The notes under the pieces: model-generated
Told to the model about the DNA's origin: nothing
Databases searched by the model: none
The model's input: the letters and a program-made list of their open reading frames with translations, nothing else
Made by a program: the position numbers and the translations under genes
Virus record (IMG/VR): IMGVR_UViG_3300042691_055965
Span: 165,189 to 229,188 of that record
DNA length: 64,000 nt
Reading direction: 5' to 3' (one strand)
Shown: positions 1 through 11,192 of the stretch, one piece after another
How the letters are laid out: each line of letters starts with the position of its first letter
How positions within the stretch are numbered: position 1 is the first letter of the stretch

Positions 1-708
1 ACAAATTTAATTGACAACAATGGAAAACCAATAACTGAACTATTTCTTACAATAGTAAACAGGGGTTATGCTGGTTGGTTCAATAAACCTGCACCAAACA
101 CAAATAAGGCAATAGATATTGGATGGGGATTTAACTTTCAAAAAAATAGTATAGATACTTGGTGGAATCACAATTCTTTGAATAATAAAGATAATATTAC
201 AACGGCATCTTATATTAATCAGGGGTATACTTTTTATTATAACAAATTTTTAAAGAAAGATGATGTCATAAAAGGTGATTTTTGTGAGTATAATGATTAT
301 GAACAAAAAGAATATGTTCTGTCACCAATATACCACAAATATTCAATAAATACAAATGTATTTTTTGACAATTCAACAAACGATTATCCATCAGGTTATG
401 TGTATCAACCACATAATAGTATTCCTATAAGGGTTTTTAGTGATTATGTAGAATCACAAAACGCAGAAAACGTGGCTAACGTTCCATTTTATTCGTATTT
501 TTCAGAAAAGACAAATCAATTTATTTGGAGAGATCTCTATAGTTATGGATATGTGGATAGTGAAAATTTGGGGTTAAACATACCGTTTACGAATGACGCT
601 CATTACCCTTTCAAAACTATAAACTTTTTGAATTACCCTGTTATTAGAGATGTGAACGCACCTACAACATCAGGGTATGAAGATCCAACAACTGACGATT
701 GTGAATAA
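1..708 (+). CDS. 5'-truncated virion/baseplate-region protein (frame open from base 1)
   Basis: No stop in this frame from 1 to 708; the track start at 178 is internal; lies in the structural block. Confidence 0.7.
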   Translation, partial: TNLIDNNGKPITELFLTIVNRGYAGWFNKPAPNTNKAIDIGWGFNFQKNSIDTWWNHNSLNNKDNITTASYINQGYTFYYNKFLKKDDVIKGDFCEYNDYEQKEYVLSPIYHKYSINTNVFFDNSTNDYPSGYVYQPHNSIPIRVFSDYVESQNAENVANVPFYSYFSEKTNQFIWRDLYSYGYVDSENLGLNIPFTNDAHYPFKTINFLNYPVIRDVNAPTTSGYEDPTTDDCE

Positions 709-1564
709 TAATTATAGAAAAATAGTAACAATAAACGATGAATTTGTTAATATTCCATTAGAATTAACTTTTGATTTTGATGGTAGAAGTGAAGCAATTG
801 CTGAATATGAAAGTGAAGTTTTAAGGGAAATAATAAATCCACCACAGGATTTTGAAATAACAAGATTTGCACACCAAGACTATACCACAAACATTACTAT
901 TGGACAAAACAACCAAATCACAATACAACAACTAAGAACTTCAATTAATTATGAATTCTTTTTTTATGATTTTTTATCAGAAGTAAGTGCATCAACTACC
1001 AATAATTGGGCAATAGATTACCAAAACGCTTCTTTCACTGATAGTGAAATTTATTATTTTGCAAACAATTTTAAAGGAAGTTTTTTCAAATTAGATTTTT
1101 ATGACACTTACGAATCAGAAACACAAAGAATACTTCTTTCAGTAATAATTCCAACACAACAAGGACTAAAAGAACCTGGTTTGGTTGGACCAGTTTCTAA
1201 TCAAATTAGTGTGGAAGTAAAAAAACCTAAATTTGTTTTGGATTCACAAGGGGCAGATAAAGAAGGTTTTTATGTTTATTGGTTGAAAGATAAAAACTAT
1301 TTTCCACCTAATGAATTTTATGTAGGTGCAAAGTTTTTTAATGCTAAAAAGGGACAGTTTATAAGAATGATTAATGTTCCGCAATCAACATTTGTTGGTC
1401 CAAATGTTTTTAATGTTAACAAACAATTGAATTTTTACTACAAGTACATTTTAAATTATGATACGTATGAATATGCTGCGTATACTGAAACTGCAAATGG
1501 TACATTAAATAGAAGGGGGACTGTTTTTAATCCCATAAGATGGTATGAATATGTAAATCCGTAA
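677..1564 (+). CDS. hypothetical structural-region protein (true start possibly GTG 701)
   Basis: 295-aa ORF coupled to its neighbours. Confidence 0.7.
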   Translation: MKIQQLTIVNNNYRKIVTINDEFVNIPLELTFDFDGRSEAIAEYESEVLREIINPPQDFEITRFAHQDYTTNITIGQNNQITIQQLRTSINYEFFFYDFLSEVSASTTNNWAIDYQNASFTDSEIYYFANNFKGSFFKLDFYDTYESETQRILLSVIIPTQQGLKEPGLVGPVSNQISVEVKKPKFVLDSQGADKEGFYVYWLKDKNYFPPNEFYVGAKFFNAKKGQFIRMINVPQSTFVGPNVFNVNKQLNFYYKYILNYDTYEYAAYTETANGTLNRRGTVFNPIRWYEYVNP

Positions 1565-2646
1565 TGACACCTGAAAAAATAAATATTGTAATTTCACCTG
1601 AAGTTCTTTCTTCAGACATCGTTCAAGAAACATATAAAAATAACAATTTTGGTGTTTATGAAGGATTGTCCTACATTTTAAGTGGTGGGACGGGAAATAC
1701 TTCGTTATTGACGGGTTTGACTATTCCCGTATTACTTACCCAAAAAATAAATGACATCGGTTATTATTCACCATTTGAAGGTTTTTTGGATCAGATAGAC
1801 ACAGTGACAAATTTTATATATTCAGGTAATCCGATAAACCCATACAACGTTAAAATATTTAATTCATCATCTTATAATACATCGAGTTTTTTGAATAATT
1901 CGACATATAAAATTAATTGGGGTGACGGAAACGAAACTTCGGTTTTGGATATAACAAACAACTTACAAGAACACACATATAATACTGTTAGTCAAACATA
2001 CACAATAACACTAACACAAACAAATTCTTGGGGAATCACACAAGTTGAAAAAACAGTATCACTACCTTTTACTGGTGTTACAATAGATAATCAATTAGGT
2101 AATGTTACTTTCAATCAGTTAGGTGGAAATTGGTCAGCTACACCAATTAGTTACAATTATATATTCACGGGTGATTCTAATAACAATATAAACCAACAAG
2201 TTTCAAGTTATTATACACCTGTTCCTTTTTTAGTTTCAGGATATACCATTTCAAGTTTAAACCAATTAAGAAGGTACGGACCTCAATCATATACTGTTGG
2301 ATACATACAAACATTAGGTAATGGAAGTATTGGGTATGTGACTGAAATTAATAGTTCTTATACTGCCTATACAATTGATAATATATTATATTATGATTTA
2401 AGTAATGGGAAAACACTTTTTCTATTAAACTCTTCAGGATTTACGTCTAACGATATTGTGGTTTCTGGGTTAACCAAAAATGAATATCTATTGGATTTTG
2501 TTATGGATCCTGAAATACAAACAGACATTCTACTTGAACGTGGTAGATATTCTGCATTAGAATCTTTATTAAGATTGGGTGAAGTAGATAATATTGGAGA
2601 CATGGAAAGATATGGATATGGTTTTTTCCGAATTAATACAACTTAA
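1564..2646 (+). CDS. putative virion protein with PKD-like motif
   Basis: YKINWGDG..HTY..TYTITLT PKD-like signature; Ser/Thr/Asn rich. Confidence 0.6.
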   Translation: MTPEKINIVISPEVLSSDIVQETYKNNNFGVYEGLSYILSGGTGNTSLLTGLTIPVLLTQKINDIGYYSPFEGFLDQIDTVTNFIYSGNPINPYNVKIFNSSSYNTSSFLNNSTYKINWGDGNETSVLDITNNLQEHTYNTVSQTYTITLTQTNSWGITQVEKTVSLPFTGVTIDNQLGNVTFNQLGGNWSATPISYNYIFTGDSNNNINQQVSSYYTPVPFLVSGYTISSLNQLRRYGPQSYTVGYIQTLGNGSIGYVTEINSSYTAYTIDNILYYDLSNGKTLFLLNSSGFTSNDIVVSGLTKNEYLLDFVMDPEIQTDILLERGRYSALESLLRLGEVDNIGDMERYGYGFFRINTT

Positions 2647-2682
2647 AAAAACCACATAAACTATTTATAAAATAAAACAATA

Positions 2683-3591
2683 ATGGCACTTGGAGCTTAT
2701 GGTATAGTTAGACCGGCAGATGTTTCACCACAGGACGTTGAAATAATTTTGCATTACACACCATCAAGGGATGTAACTACAAATTTCGTATTAAAAAAAT
2801 TAAATGCAGCAAATATCTTAACACCATATTTTCACAATTCAAATACAGGAGGTAATGCAAATGTTGAAATCTTAGGTGGTTTATACAACTTAAGATTACC
2901 TGCTAGTGAATTCACAAATGTTGGAATTTATACCTTGTATATTCGTCCCGCAGAAATCAGAACATCGATTACGGATTGTGGTGTGTTATCGGCACTTCCA
3001 AACGTAAAAGGAATTATCATAGATGTTAATGATGTTCCACAACAGTTCAGAAATAAATTTGTCAACCAAGGTTTAGTAGGTTTTAGAATAGAGTACTTAA
3101 ATTCAGATGGAACAAAAATTCCTAATTTTTATAGAATCGTAACGTCTGCATTCTTTTGTGAACCTGTAATTTCGGATCAAACTAACACGTCACAGAAGGC
3201 TATAAGATACCGATATGTTGAAGGAAACAGTGATTTAATATTTTTAACACTTTCGCCTAGTTCATCACCAACAAACAAACCAAATGCGACACCATTTATT
3301 GGACAACCAAATCAAAATATTATAATTACAAATACATTTTTTAATCCAGTGACTATGGAGGTTCAAATTGCTAATTATGATATAGACACATTGGCGATTG
3401 CTTTGTATGGTAACCAAACTAAAAGTATTGATGATGGGATTTATACATTATACGACACTGCTGGAAATATATACAAACAATACAACTTATTTGAAGTTAG
3501 GGATAACTTTAATGAACTACTTTATGAAGTTAGACAAGATAGAGGTGCTAACATTGATTTTAGTAAAAACTTTACAAATATTATTAGTTAA
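2683..3591 (+). CDS. putative baseplate/structural protein
   Basis: 302 aa; upstream TATTTATA motif at 2662; structural context. Confidence 0.55.
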   Translation: MALGAYGIVRPADVSPQDVEIILHYTPSRDVTTNFVLKKLNAANILTPYFHNSNTGGNANVEILGGLYNLRLPASEFTNVGIYTLYIRPAEIRTSITDCGVLSALPNVKGIIIDVNDVPQQFRNKFVNQGLVGFRIEYLNSDGTKIPNFYRIVTSAFFCEPVISDQTNTSQKAIRYRYVEGNSDLIFLTLSPSSSPTNKPNATPFIGQPNQNIIITNTFFNPVTMEVQIANYDIDTLAIALYGNQTKSIDDGIYTLYDTAGNIYKQYNLFEVRDNFNELLYEVRQDRGANIDFSKNFTNIIS

Positions 3592-6572
3592 TGGCTCAAA
3601 ATAAATTCATATGTCCAAAACCCGCACCAGTTGGTTCAGGAACTTTTTCTGATGATTTAGTTGGATTTCAAGTGGTTGCTGGTGGAGGGTTGACGCAAGG
3701 AAACTTTCAGTATACTACGGCAGTTTTTGACAAGGTTAATCGAAGTTTTGGGACTGGAATTTTTTCAGAACCGTTCAACTTAGAAAACCTGAACATAGGG
3801 ACAATAGAAGAAACGAAGTTATTAATAAAAAAAAATTTTAGTGTTTATCCTAACTTTGATTTATCACAAATAACAAGTTTTTCTTTATATGGTTCACTTC
3901 AAAAAAGAATTTCAGCATCGGTAACAAAAATAATTAATTTTTTTCCTGCAGCAATTCAAATCGATCAACAAAACTATAGTTTAAATACTGGTTACACCGC
4001 TTTTAATATAGTTTATGATGGGGTAGCAGATGAAACGTCATTTGAAGTTGACGTACAGTTTTTTAAAAATCCATTCGATATTGATTACAGTATAAACGCT
4101 GCACAAAATATATCCACAAGACCTTTTAAAATTAGTGATTTTAGAAACCTTACAAAAAACTACGAAGGGTATTCATTATACACTACAGATTTAACAACAG
4201 AATATCAAATTTTAGATTTTGTTCCAACACAAACATTAACTGCTGGAACAATTCCTATTATTGTTAAGGGTAAACCATTTTCATCAACAACCACAACCCA
4301 AACGTTAATATTGAAACCAAATAACTTGAACACTGAAAAAATATTTCAAGATGCGTTTGATGAAGTTGAAGATTATTTGTTAAATAGGAATGGGTTTCCT
4401 AAATATAGTGCGAAATTCAAATATCCTGACTACGATAGTAATGGGAACTATATTATGATTAATAATATTGTTACATGGAAGTTAGATGGTGTTTGGAACT
4501 TGGATATTGTCACATCGAATTTTGACAATTATTTAACAACACTTCAAGATATTTCAGAAAGGTTAGATCAGTTTAAAACCAATTTGATAAGTAGGTTTTT
4601 AACTTCAGGTAGTTTGAAAGAATTTGATACTCCCGATCAAAGATTGGAAAAAGTCCTTCAAATTTATGGTAGAAGTTTTGATGAAACAAAAAAGTTTATT
4701 GATTCTTTAAGTAATATTACATCAGTAAATTATATTGTTGGAAACGATATTCCATCACAATTGTTAAGTAATTTAGCGAAAACATTAGGATGGAACACCG
4801 ACATTTCACCAATAACTAATGAAAAGTTATTGGAGTCAATTTTTACAACAACAAATGATGTAATTTATCCTGGACAATCTAAAGAACAAACACCCGCAGA
4901 ATTAAATTATCAGTATTATAGAAACTTAATTTTAAATTCTGCTTTTTTATTCAAATCTAAAGGAACGAGAAAATCAATTGAATACATTCTAAGGATGGTA
5001 GGTGCGCCTGAAGCATTAATTGAATTCAATGAATATATTTACATTGCTGATCAGAAAATTTCAACGGATGAATTTTTCGAAGAATACATTACAATATCGG
5101 GTGGTACTAAATATGTTGAAACACCTGCACTTTTATCAAATAATACTTTTAAAATATGGGGAGTTCAATATACTGCATTTACAACAAATGGGCAAATTTT
5201 CAATGTAAATACAGATTTACCTGACTACCCAATAGATACTGATACTGGTTTCCCTCAAAGAGCTGTTTACACTGATGATTATTTCTTTCAAAAAGGGTCA
5301 GGGTGGTTTGAAGTGACACCTGAACACCGTTCACCTGAAGAAATAAGTTATTCTACATCTGATTTAAATTCACAAATACCTGTCATAAATTCTGTCCTTA
5401 CACCATTTACCTATGGAAAAGAATATTTAGATAGGTATCGGTCTTTTCCATTTATGGATTTAGGATTCAACATTACAAAAGTAATTGATAACAAGAAAAG
5501 TTGGGTAACAAATCAAGTTGGTTTACGAAAAAATCTTCAAGATTTAGCGGCTACAAATTATATAATTGAAGATGATAGACTTGCAATAAATGTTAAAAAC
5601 ATGGAAGTTTATTTGAATATGGGACAAGGTATAACGTATGACATTTGGAATATGTCTTCCACATATGGTTATCCAATACCAAACAGTGGGTTTACTTCAC
5701 CATATCCATCACCAGGAAATATCGATTGGACATACATTGATCCTAAACCGAATCAAAAAACATTTTTTGAATTTGCTCAAAATTTCTTTAATAATTTCAT
5801 TAATGTAAGAAATAGACAATATATATCCGATGGTAAAACAGGCGGATACCCAACACTACAGTCAATATTTTGGAAATACATCAACAGTGATCAGTCGTTG
5901 AATATTCCAAACAACGAATTCACATATCAAAAAATGATTGATTTTACTTTGAGTTTGGGTGACTATTGGGTTAGATTAGTTGAACAATTTGTTCCGGCAA
6001 CCACTTTGTGGAATACTGGACAAAAAATGGATAACTCTATTTTTCACAGACAAAAATATGTTTGGAGACGACAAAGAGGGTGTACCGTCACACCTCTTGT
6101 TGTTCCATGTTTTCCATGTACATATAATGGTGAACCATACACATATGATTGCATCGATCAAACTACTACTTGTGAATTACCATTATTCGATCCAATAGAC
6201 GTGTTGACAGAAAGTACTTTACAAGTTACCAATAATCTAACAAATTGTAATTTCAATAACTTGGAATCCAATTGGTATGTTATAGTATCATTAACGAATT
6301 TGGTTACTAATCAAGAAGATATTTTAATTAATGAATATTTTTATACAGGATATGGTCCGAATGCTATAGATAATATAAACGGTAACCCATTGACATACTT
6401 TGATGTTATAAATGCAATAGACAATAAACTACAGTATTTATATCAATACGGATTGAATTACTATTTTAGTGGTGGTTCACTAATAATTAGTAATTCTTCT
6501 TGTTATGCGGATTTCACGGATAAACTACTAAATCTAAAAATAGGTTTGGACATTAATATTGTTTGTGCATAA
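3591..6572 (+). CDS. putative baseplate wedge-like protein
   Basis: LAKTLGW...LFKSKGTRKSIEYILRMVG resembles the P2 gpI-type baseplate motif; 993 aa. Confidence 0.55.
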   Translation: MAQNKFICPKPAPVGSGTFSDDLVGFQVVAGGGLTQGNFQYTTAVFDKVNRSFGTGIFSEPFNLENLNIGTIEETKLLIKKNFSVYPNFDLSQITSFSLYGSLQKRISASVTKIINFFPAAIQIDQQNYSLNTGYTAFNIVYDGVADETSFEVDVQFFKNPFDIDYSINAAQNISTRPFKISDFRNLTKNYEGYSLYTTDLTTEYQILDFVPTQTLTAGTIPIIVKGKPFSSTTTTQTLILKPNNLNTEKIFQDAFDEVEDYLLNRNGFPKYSAKFKYPDYDSNGNYIMINNIVTWKLDGVWNLDIVTSNFDNYLTTLQDISERLDQFKTNLISRFLTSGSLKEFDTPDQRLEKVLQIYGRSFDETKKFIDSLSNITSVNYIVGNDIPSQLLSNLAKTLGWNTDISPITNEKLLESIFTTTNDVIYPGQSKEQTPAELNYQYYRNLILNSAFLFKSKGTRKSIEYILRMVGAPEALIEFNEYIYIADQKISTDEFFEEYITISGGTKYVETPALLSNNTFKIWGVQYTAFTTNGQIFNVNTDLPDYPIDTDTGFPQRAVYTDDYFFQKGSGWFEVTPEHRSPEEISYSTSDLNSQIPVINSVLTPFTYGKEYLDRYRSFPFMDLGFNITKVIDNKKSWVTNQVGLRKNLQDLAATNYIIEDDRLAINVKNMEVYLNMGQGITYDIWNMSSTYGYPIPNSGFTSPYPSPGNIDWTYIDPKPNQKTFFEFAQNFFNNFINVRNRQYISDGKTGGYPTLQSIFWKYINSDQSLNIPNNEFTYQKMIDFTLSLGDYWVRLVEQFVPATTLWNTGQKMDNSIFHRQKYVWRRQRGCTVTPLVVPCFPCTYNGEPYTYDCIDQTTTCELPLFDPIDVLTESTLQVTNNLTNCNFNNLESNWYVIVSLTNLVTNQEDILINEYFYTGYGPNAIDNINGNPLTYFDVINAIDNKLQYLYQYGLNYYFSGGSLIISNSSCYADFTDKLLNLKIGLDINIVCA

Positions 6573-9268
6573 TGGCTTGTATTTCGGGATTTACACTTGG
6601 TGGTTATTATAGTTATGTAGATTGTTGTGGTTTGGTTCAGGCGGGGGTTTCACCTGGACTTGAAAATGTTTGTGTAAGTGCATCAACTTCAGGAACATCA
6701 ATTGGGGTTTTACTTGATAGCGGTTCAACCTGTACGCAAAACTGTAATCAAGGACCTTTAAGTTATGTGTTTACTGTAACTGGGGTTTGTGGTAACCCAT
6801 CAGGGACTGTAACTATTCAATCTTTTGGTGGTATACCTCCGTATACTATTGATAATATTACTCCTGGAAGTTTATCAGCACAAACAAGTTCATCAGATAT
6901 CACTTTTACTGGTTTAACAGGTGGTACTTATGTCTTTAGATTAAATGACTCATTAGGTATACAAAATAATGAAATTTTATTTAATGTAGAAATTTCTGAT
7001 TGTTTTGTTGCGACAATAAATAATACAGATGGAACAACTTGTGGTAGCCAAAATGGTAGTTTTTCTATAGATGTAACTTCTACTGCCGCACCATATAATA
7101 TAGTTCTTTATAAAAATAATGCAATATTTTCGACATTTTTAACAAACACGGTTCCTTATAATGTTACATCATTAGATGAAGGAATATATTATGCAACTGT
7201 TTTTGATTATGGTATGGTAAGTGCCGTGACGGATAATGTTGTTATAAACCCAAGTAGTGGAACTACATTTGGTATATGGAAAGTTAATACATCTAACTGT
7301 GTACCTAATTCAGGAAAACTTGCGGTTACTGGATTGACAGGTAATGGACCTTATAGTTTTTTATGGTCTAATGGTGAAACAACACAAATTATTACTGGAC
7401 TTACTGTCGGAACTTACACAGTTACTGTCACTGATTTTTATGGTTGCGAAACTGTTGCGTCTGAAACGGTTGGTGTTGCTAATCCTTTAGGTGTAGGTTT
7501 AATTACTTCAGTTAACCCGTCTTGTTTTGATTCAAATGGTTCGATTACTGTTCAACTTACAGGAGGAACCGCTCCTTATACGATATCCGCTAATACAGGA
7601 TATCAAACTTTTACCTTAAGTGATACATTTACCGTACCAAATTTACCTACAGGTCCCTATAACATTTTGGTTAAAGATGCAAATCTTTGTCCTTTATTAG
7701 TAAACGCTTCTTTGACAACCGTAAATGGTTTTGACATTATAAGTACAAACATTACAAATACAACGTGTAATGGTAATGACGGTGAAGTGAATATTGTTTT
7801 AACTGGAATACCTCCATTCTTATTTCAATTAACAGCGCTTACAAACAATTCGATATCAACGCAATTTTCTTCAAATTTAAACACTACATTTAGTAATTTA
7901 AATTCGGGAAATTATTTATTGTCCATTTCAGGGCAATCAAGTGGATGTGAATTTATACAACCAATAACTATTCAAAATCAACAGAATTTCCAAGTTACAG
8001 CAACGACAATTGATAGTTCATGTGGAAGTGCTTCTGGATCGGTTATTATAGAAGTCGGAACAGGGTACACGTCACCTCTTGATTATTACCTTATTGACAA
8101 TCAAAATACTCAATCTATAATCGATTATCCTTTTTCATCTTTTACCTTCACATCTATTCTACCTGGAAATTATACAGTCCAAGTAGTTGATGGTAATAAC
8201 TGTACCGTATCAATTCCTGTCACAGTAGGTGCTGGTTCAAATTTTGTCAGTAACGTGATTACAACAAACTGTGTTTCAGGACAAGATGGTATTGCTCAAG
8301 TCGTCATATATGATGGGGTGCCGCCTTTTACTTATAGTTGGCAAGGAGTATTATCCGCTCAAACAGGTTCTACTGTTACAAATTTAAGTGGTGGTACTTA
8401 CACTGTTTCGGTTACAGATGCTAGTGGATGTACAAACTTTCATAATTTTACAATAGTATGTGGTTTCAATAGTTATAGTGGGTCGACAACATATCTTATA
8501 TGTGAAAGAGATTTTATCACAACAAGTGGAACTAAAAGAGGAATACCGGAAATGGTAAGTGAAGGTTTCTTGGATTTAACGACAGGGTACACTAATTGTA
8601 TTTTAAATTCAGCGTCCGTGACTTGTCAAATTACATTGAACGGAAGTGCGTTTACACAAACAATAGTTTTTTGGAATGACGCATCATGGCAAAGTGCAAT
8701 AGAAACAATATTAGGTAGTATTCCTGAAATAGGACAGTACGAAGTTAATTTATTAAATAATACTTTATATATAGAGTCAAATTGTCAGGGAGGAATTGAT
8801 CCATTAGGTGAAACTGATTTTACATTAGAATTGGTTGTAGATTATGACATTAGTTGTGCTGAAATTGCACCTACACCGACACCTACACCTACGCCAACAC
8901 CTACGCCAACACCTACACCTACGCCAACACCTACACCAACACCTTCGCCAACGCCTACTTATACATCAACAACGTGGTATTCTAATTCTGTTGTGTTTAG
9001 TACTGCAAACGCAACAAATCATTGTTTAACATTCCCTGATGATTGTAATGTGAATTTTTATACAAGTTCAGTGAGTTTAAATGTTGGTGATATTTTATAT
9101 GATGATCCATTACTGACTAATGATTCTGGAAATGTTGCGGTAAATTATGGACCATTTGGTGGTGGTTGGGGATGGATATATCTAACAGATACCTGTCCTA
9201 TATCAAGTACAATTTACCTCGTACAATTAAGAAGTAATGGTGAAATATTAGACATACAAACTTGTTAA
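6572..9268 (+). CDS. SprB-repeat, Cys-rich virion appendage/adhesin with (PT)n linker
   Basis: Repeated GG.PPYT..W / L..GTYTVTVTD..C units typical of SprB repeats; PT tract near the C-terminus. Confidence 0.7.
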   Translation: MACISGFTLGGYYSYVDCCGLVQAGVSPGLENVCVSASTSGTSIGVLLDSGSTCTQNCNQGPLSYVFTVTGVCGNPSGTVTIQSFGGIPPYTIDNITPGSLSAQTSSSDITFTGLTGGTYVFRLNDSLGIQNNEILFNVEISDCFVATINNTDGTTCGSQNGSFSIDVTSTAAPYNIVLYKNNAIFSTFLTNTVPYNVTSLDEGIYYATVFDYGMVSAVTDNVVINPSSGTTFGIWKVNTSNCVPNSGKLAVTGLTGNGPYSFLWSNGETTQIITGLTVGTYTVTVTDFYGCETVASETVGVANPLGVGLITSVNPSCFDSNGSITVQLTGGTAPYTISANTGYQTFTLSDTFTVPNLPTGPYNILVKDANLCPLLVNASLTTVNGFDIISTNITNTTCNGNDGEVNIVLTGIPPFLFQLTALTNNSISTQFSSNLNTTFSNLNSGNYLLSISGQSSGCEFIQPITIQNQQNFQVTATTIDSSCGSASGSVIIEVGTGYTSPLDYYLIDNQNTQSIIDYPFSSFTFTSILPGNYTVQVVDGNNCTVSIPVTVGAGSNFVSNVITTNCVSGQDGIAQVVIYDGVPPFTYSWQGVLSAQTGSTVTNLSGGTYTVSVTDASGCTNFHNFTIVCGFNSYSGSTTYLICERDFITTSGTKRGIPEMVSEGFLDLTTGYTNCILNSASVTCQITLNGSAFTQTIVFWNDASWQSAIETILGSIPEIGQYEVNLLNNTLYIESNCQGGIDPLGETDFTLELVVDYDISCAEIAPTPTPTPTPTPTPTPTPTPTPTPTPSPTPTYTSTTWYSNSVVFSTANATNHCLTFPDDCNVNFYTSSVSLNVGDILYDDPLLTNDSGNVAVNYGPFGGGWGWIYLTDTCPISSTIYLVQLRSNGEILDIQTC
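8870..8959 (+). repeat. Pro-Thr dipeptide coding repeat
   Basis: (ccN acN)n encoding PTPTPT...PSPTPT. Confidence 0.95.
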
Positions 9269-9269
9269 G

Positions 9270-9557
9270 ATGCCATATTCTATAGACATAACTTCTATGA
9301 GTGGTGGGTCAGCACCTGTCAGTTATTTCATTTGTGATGAAAATGGTAATAATTGTTCTTTTCTAGGTAATACTACAGGTGTTTATATATTACCCGCATT
9401 CTATCAACCTGCAACGACATTAATTGTTCAAGCAATAGACGGTAATAGTTGTTTATTATTTCAAGTAATAGTTTGTGCAGGACCTGAAACATTTTTACTT
9501 ACAACTGAAGATGGTTTTGTTCTTACAACAGAAGACGGTGACGGAATTTTATTCTAA
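9270..9557 (+). CDS. small Cys-containing structural/adaptor protein (paralogue 1)
   Basis: P.SYFICD..GN.C / LP..Y / ID.N.C pattern shared with 9579 and 15659. Confidence 0.6.
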   Translation: MPYSIDITSMSGGSAPVSYFICDENGNNCSFLGNTTGVYILPAFYQPATTLIVQAIDGNSCLLFQVIVCAGPETFLLTTEDGFVLTTEDGDGILF

Positions 9558-9578
9558 ATTTTATCATATTTATATTAT

Positions 9579-9863
9579 ATGATAATTCAAATCACAGGAG
9601 TAACAAGTGGAACGTCGCCTTATGATGTCTACATTTGTGATCCAACAAATACAGGGTGTTTTTTGGTATCAGGGAGTACAGCGATACCACCAACTGTAAC
9701 TATTGATAGTGATTTATTTTTTCCTTATGAAAATATTGTCTATGTCAAGTTGATTGATGTTTTTGGTTGCACGTTAACAGAAACGGTTGTTTGTGGTGGA
9801 AAAATTTTCCAAGACGATTTTGGTTTTGCATTTATGGATGATACTTATTTTGTGTTTCAATAA
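9579..9863 (+). CDS. small Cys-containing structural/adaptor protein (paralogue 2)
   Basis: Same pattern; C-terminal KIFQDD..F.FMD.T.F.FQ. Confidence 0.6.
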   Translation: MIIQITGVTSGTSPYDVYICDPTNTGCFLVSGSTAIPPTVTIDSDLFFPYENIVYVKLIDVFGCTLTETVVCGGKIFQDDFGFAFMDDTYFVFQ

Positions 9864-9891
9864 ACTATTTTGATACTATTTATAAAATAAA

Positions 9892-10905
9892 ATGCCAATA
9901 ACTTATCAATATTTAACCGATAGAACTTTTGCACCATCAAGTGCAATTACACCTAATGCGTTAATTCATATTGTAGATCCTAATGACATTTCACAAAACC
10001 CAGACGGTTCGTCATATAAAGTAGAATTAACAAATTTAACATCCATATTTGGTTCAAGTGGTGACACATTCGTAACAGGTGGAACATATTCTGCAGGAAC
10101 TGCAACATTCACAAATAATACTGGAGGAACATTCAATGTAACAGGATTTACGTTGGCATCAACTGGTGGTACAAATATTAATACAATTATAAGTGGTTCT
10201 ACTACTGTTATTAATTTGAATAATACCATAAATTTAACGGGAGTTACCGCAACTACAATAAGTGCAACAACATATCAAAATTTACCTGGTAGTTCATCGG
10301 CAAATTGTATAACTGAACTTTTTGTGGGTAGAATAAAACCATGTACAACAACTTTCACTGTAAGTGGTGTTACAGTACTTACAAATAGTCCGGGTAAAAA
10401 TCCTCTGAAAGTAGTTGCTTCTGGAAATAGTACTAGTGAACCTATTATGAGTGTTTCAGGAAGTAGTGGTGACTTATTTTCAGTAAAAGATAGTTTGACG
10501 GGAAATTTGTTTTCAGTAAACAACATTTCAGGAATCCCTATTATGGAAGTTTATGATAATAATAAAATGAAGTTGGGTTCATTTTCTTCACCAGCATCAT
10601 ATACTACAGTGAAATTTTTACCAACAACAGGTTTAACTGATGTCTTTTCTATTGATATTAGTGGAAATACGGGGGCGTGGTTTGACTATACTGTTGTAAA
10701 TGCAATAACACCAAGTGCCAGGGCGGGACAAATTATGGCAATTTTTAGTGCAAATACAGTAAACTATGTAGAATCAACAACAAGTAGTATTGGAGTTACA
10801 TCGGCAATTACTTTGAGTTTGTCTGCAAATTCAACAAACTGTATATTACAAACATCGGCAACCACTTTGGGGTGGGAAGTCAAAACAATAATAAGAAGTA
10901 TTTAA
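9892..10905 (+). CDS. putative tail fibre/appendage protein
   Basis: Thr/Ser/Gly rich; N-terminal LTD.T..LIHIV..ND..QN..GSSY shared with 15979. Confidence 0.6.
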   Translation: MPITYQYLTDRTFAPSSAITPNALIHIVDPNDISQNPDGSSYKVELTNLTSIFGSSGDTFVTGGTYSAGTATFTNNTGGTFNVTGFTLASTGGTNINTIISGSTTVINLNNTINLTGVTATTISATTYQNLPGSSSANCITELFVGRIKPCTTTFTVSGVTVLTNSPGKNPLKVVASGNSTSEPIMSVSGSSGDLFSVKDSLTGNLFSVNNISGIPIMEVYDNNKMKLGSFSSPASYTTVKFLPTTGLTDVFSIDISGNTGAWFDYTVVNAITPSARAGQIMAIFSANTVNYVESTTSSIGVTSAITLSLSANSTNCILQTSATTLGWEVKTIIRSI

Positions 10906-10914
10906 TTTTGAATT

Positions 10915-11181
10915 ATGGACATTTTTGAAAACAGAAGATATATGATTATAAACTATAGTGAAATCGATAGTGTAGATTTTAGTCAAATATTTCAAACTTA
11001 CAAAGACGAATTAAGACTATCGTTAGATGGTACAAAAACTGTAATTAAATGGGACGGGGACACACCAAGTTCAGTTGAATCATTGATATATAAAGACGGA
11101 CCATATACCCACAAAGATATTGTTACGATTATGGTTAGTGATGAATGGACTGATAACTCCGAAACCCCAAGAATTAGGTAA
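10915..11181 (+). CDS. small hypothetical protein accompanying fibre genes
   Basis: 88 aa, LRLSLDGTKTVIKW..YTH..I...M.S.EW. Confidence 0.6.
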   Translation: MDIFENRRYMIINYSEIDSVDFSQIFQTYKDELRLSLDGTKTVIKWDGDTPSSVESLIYKDGPYTHKDIVTIMVSDEWTDNSETPRIR

Positions 11182-11192
11182 TATTTAAGAAA

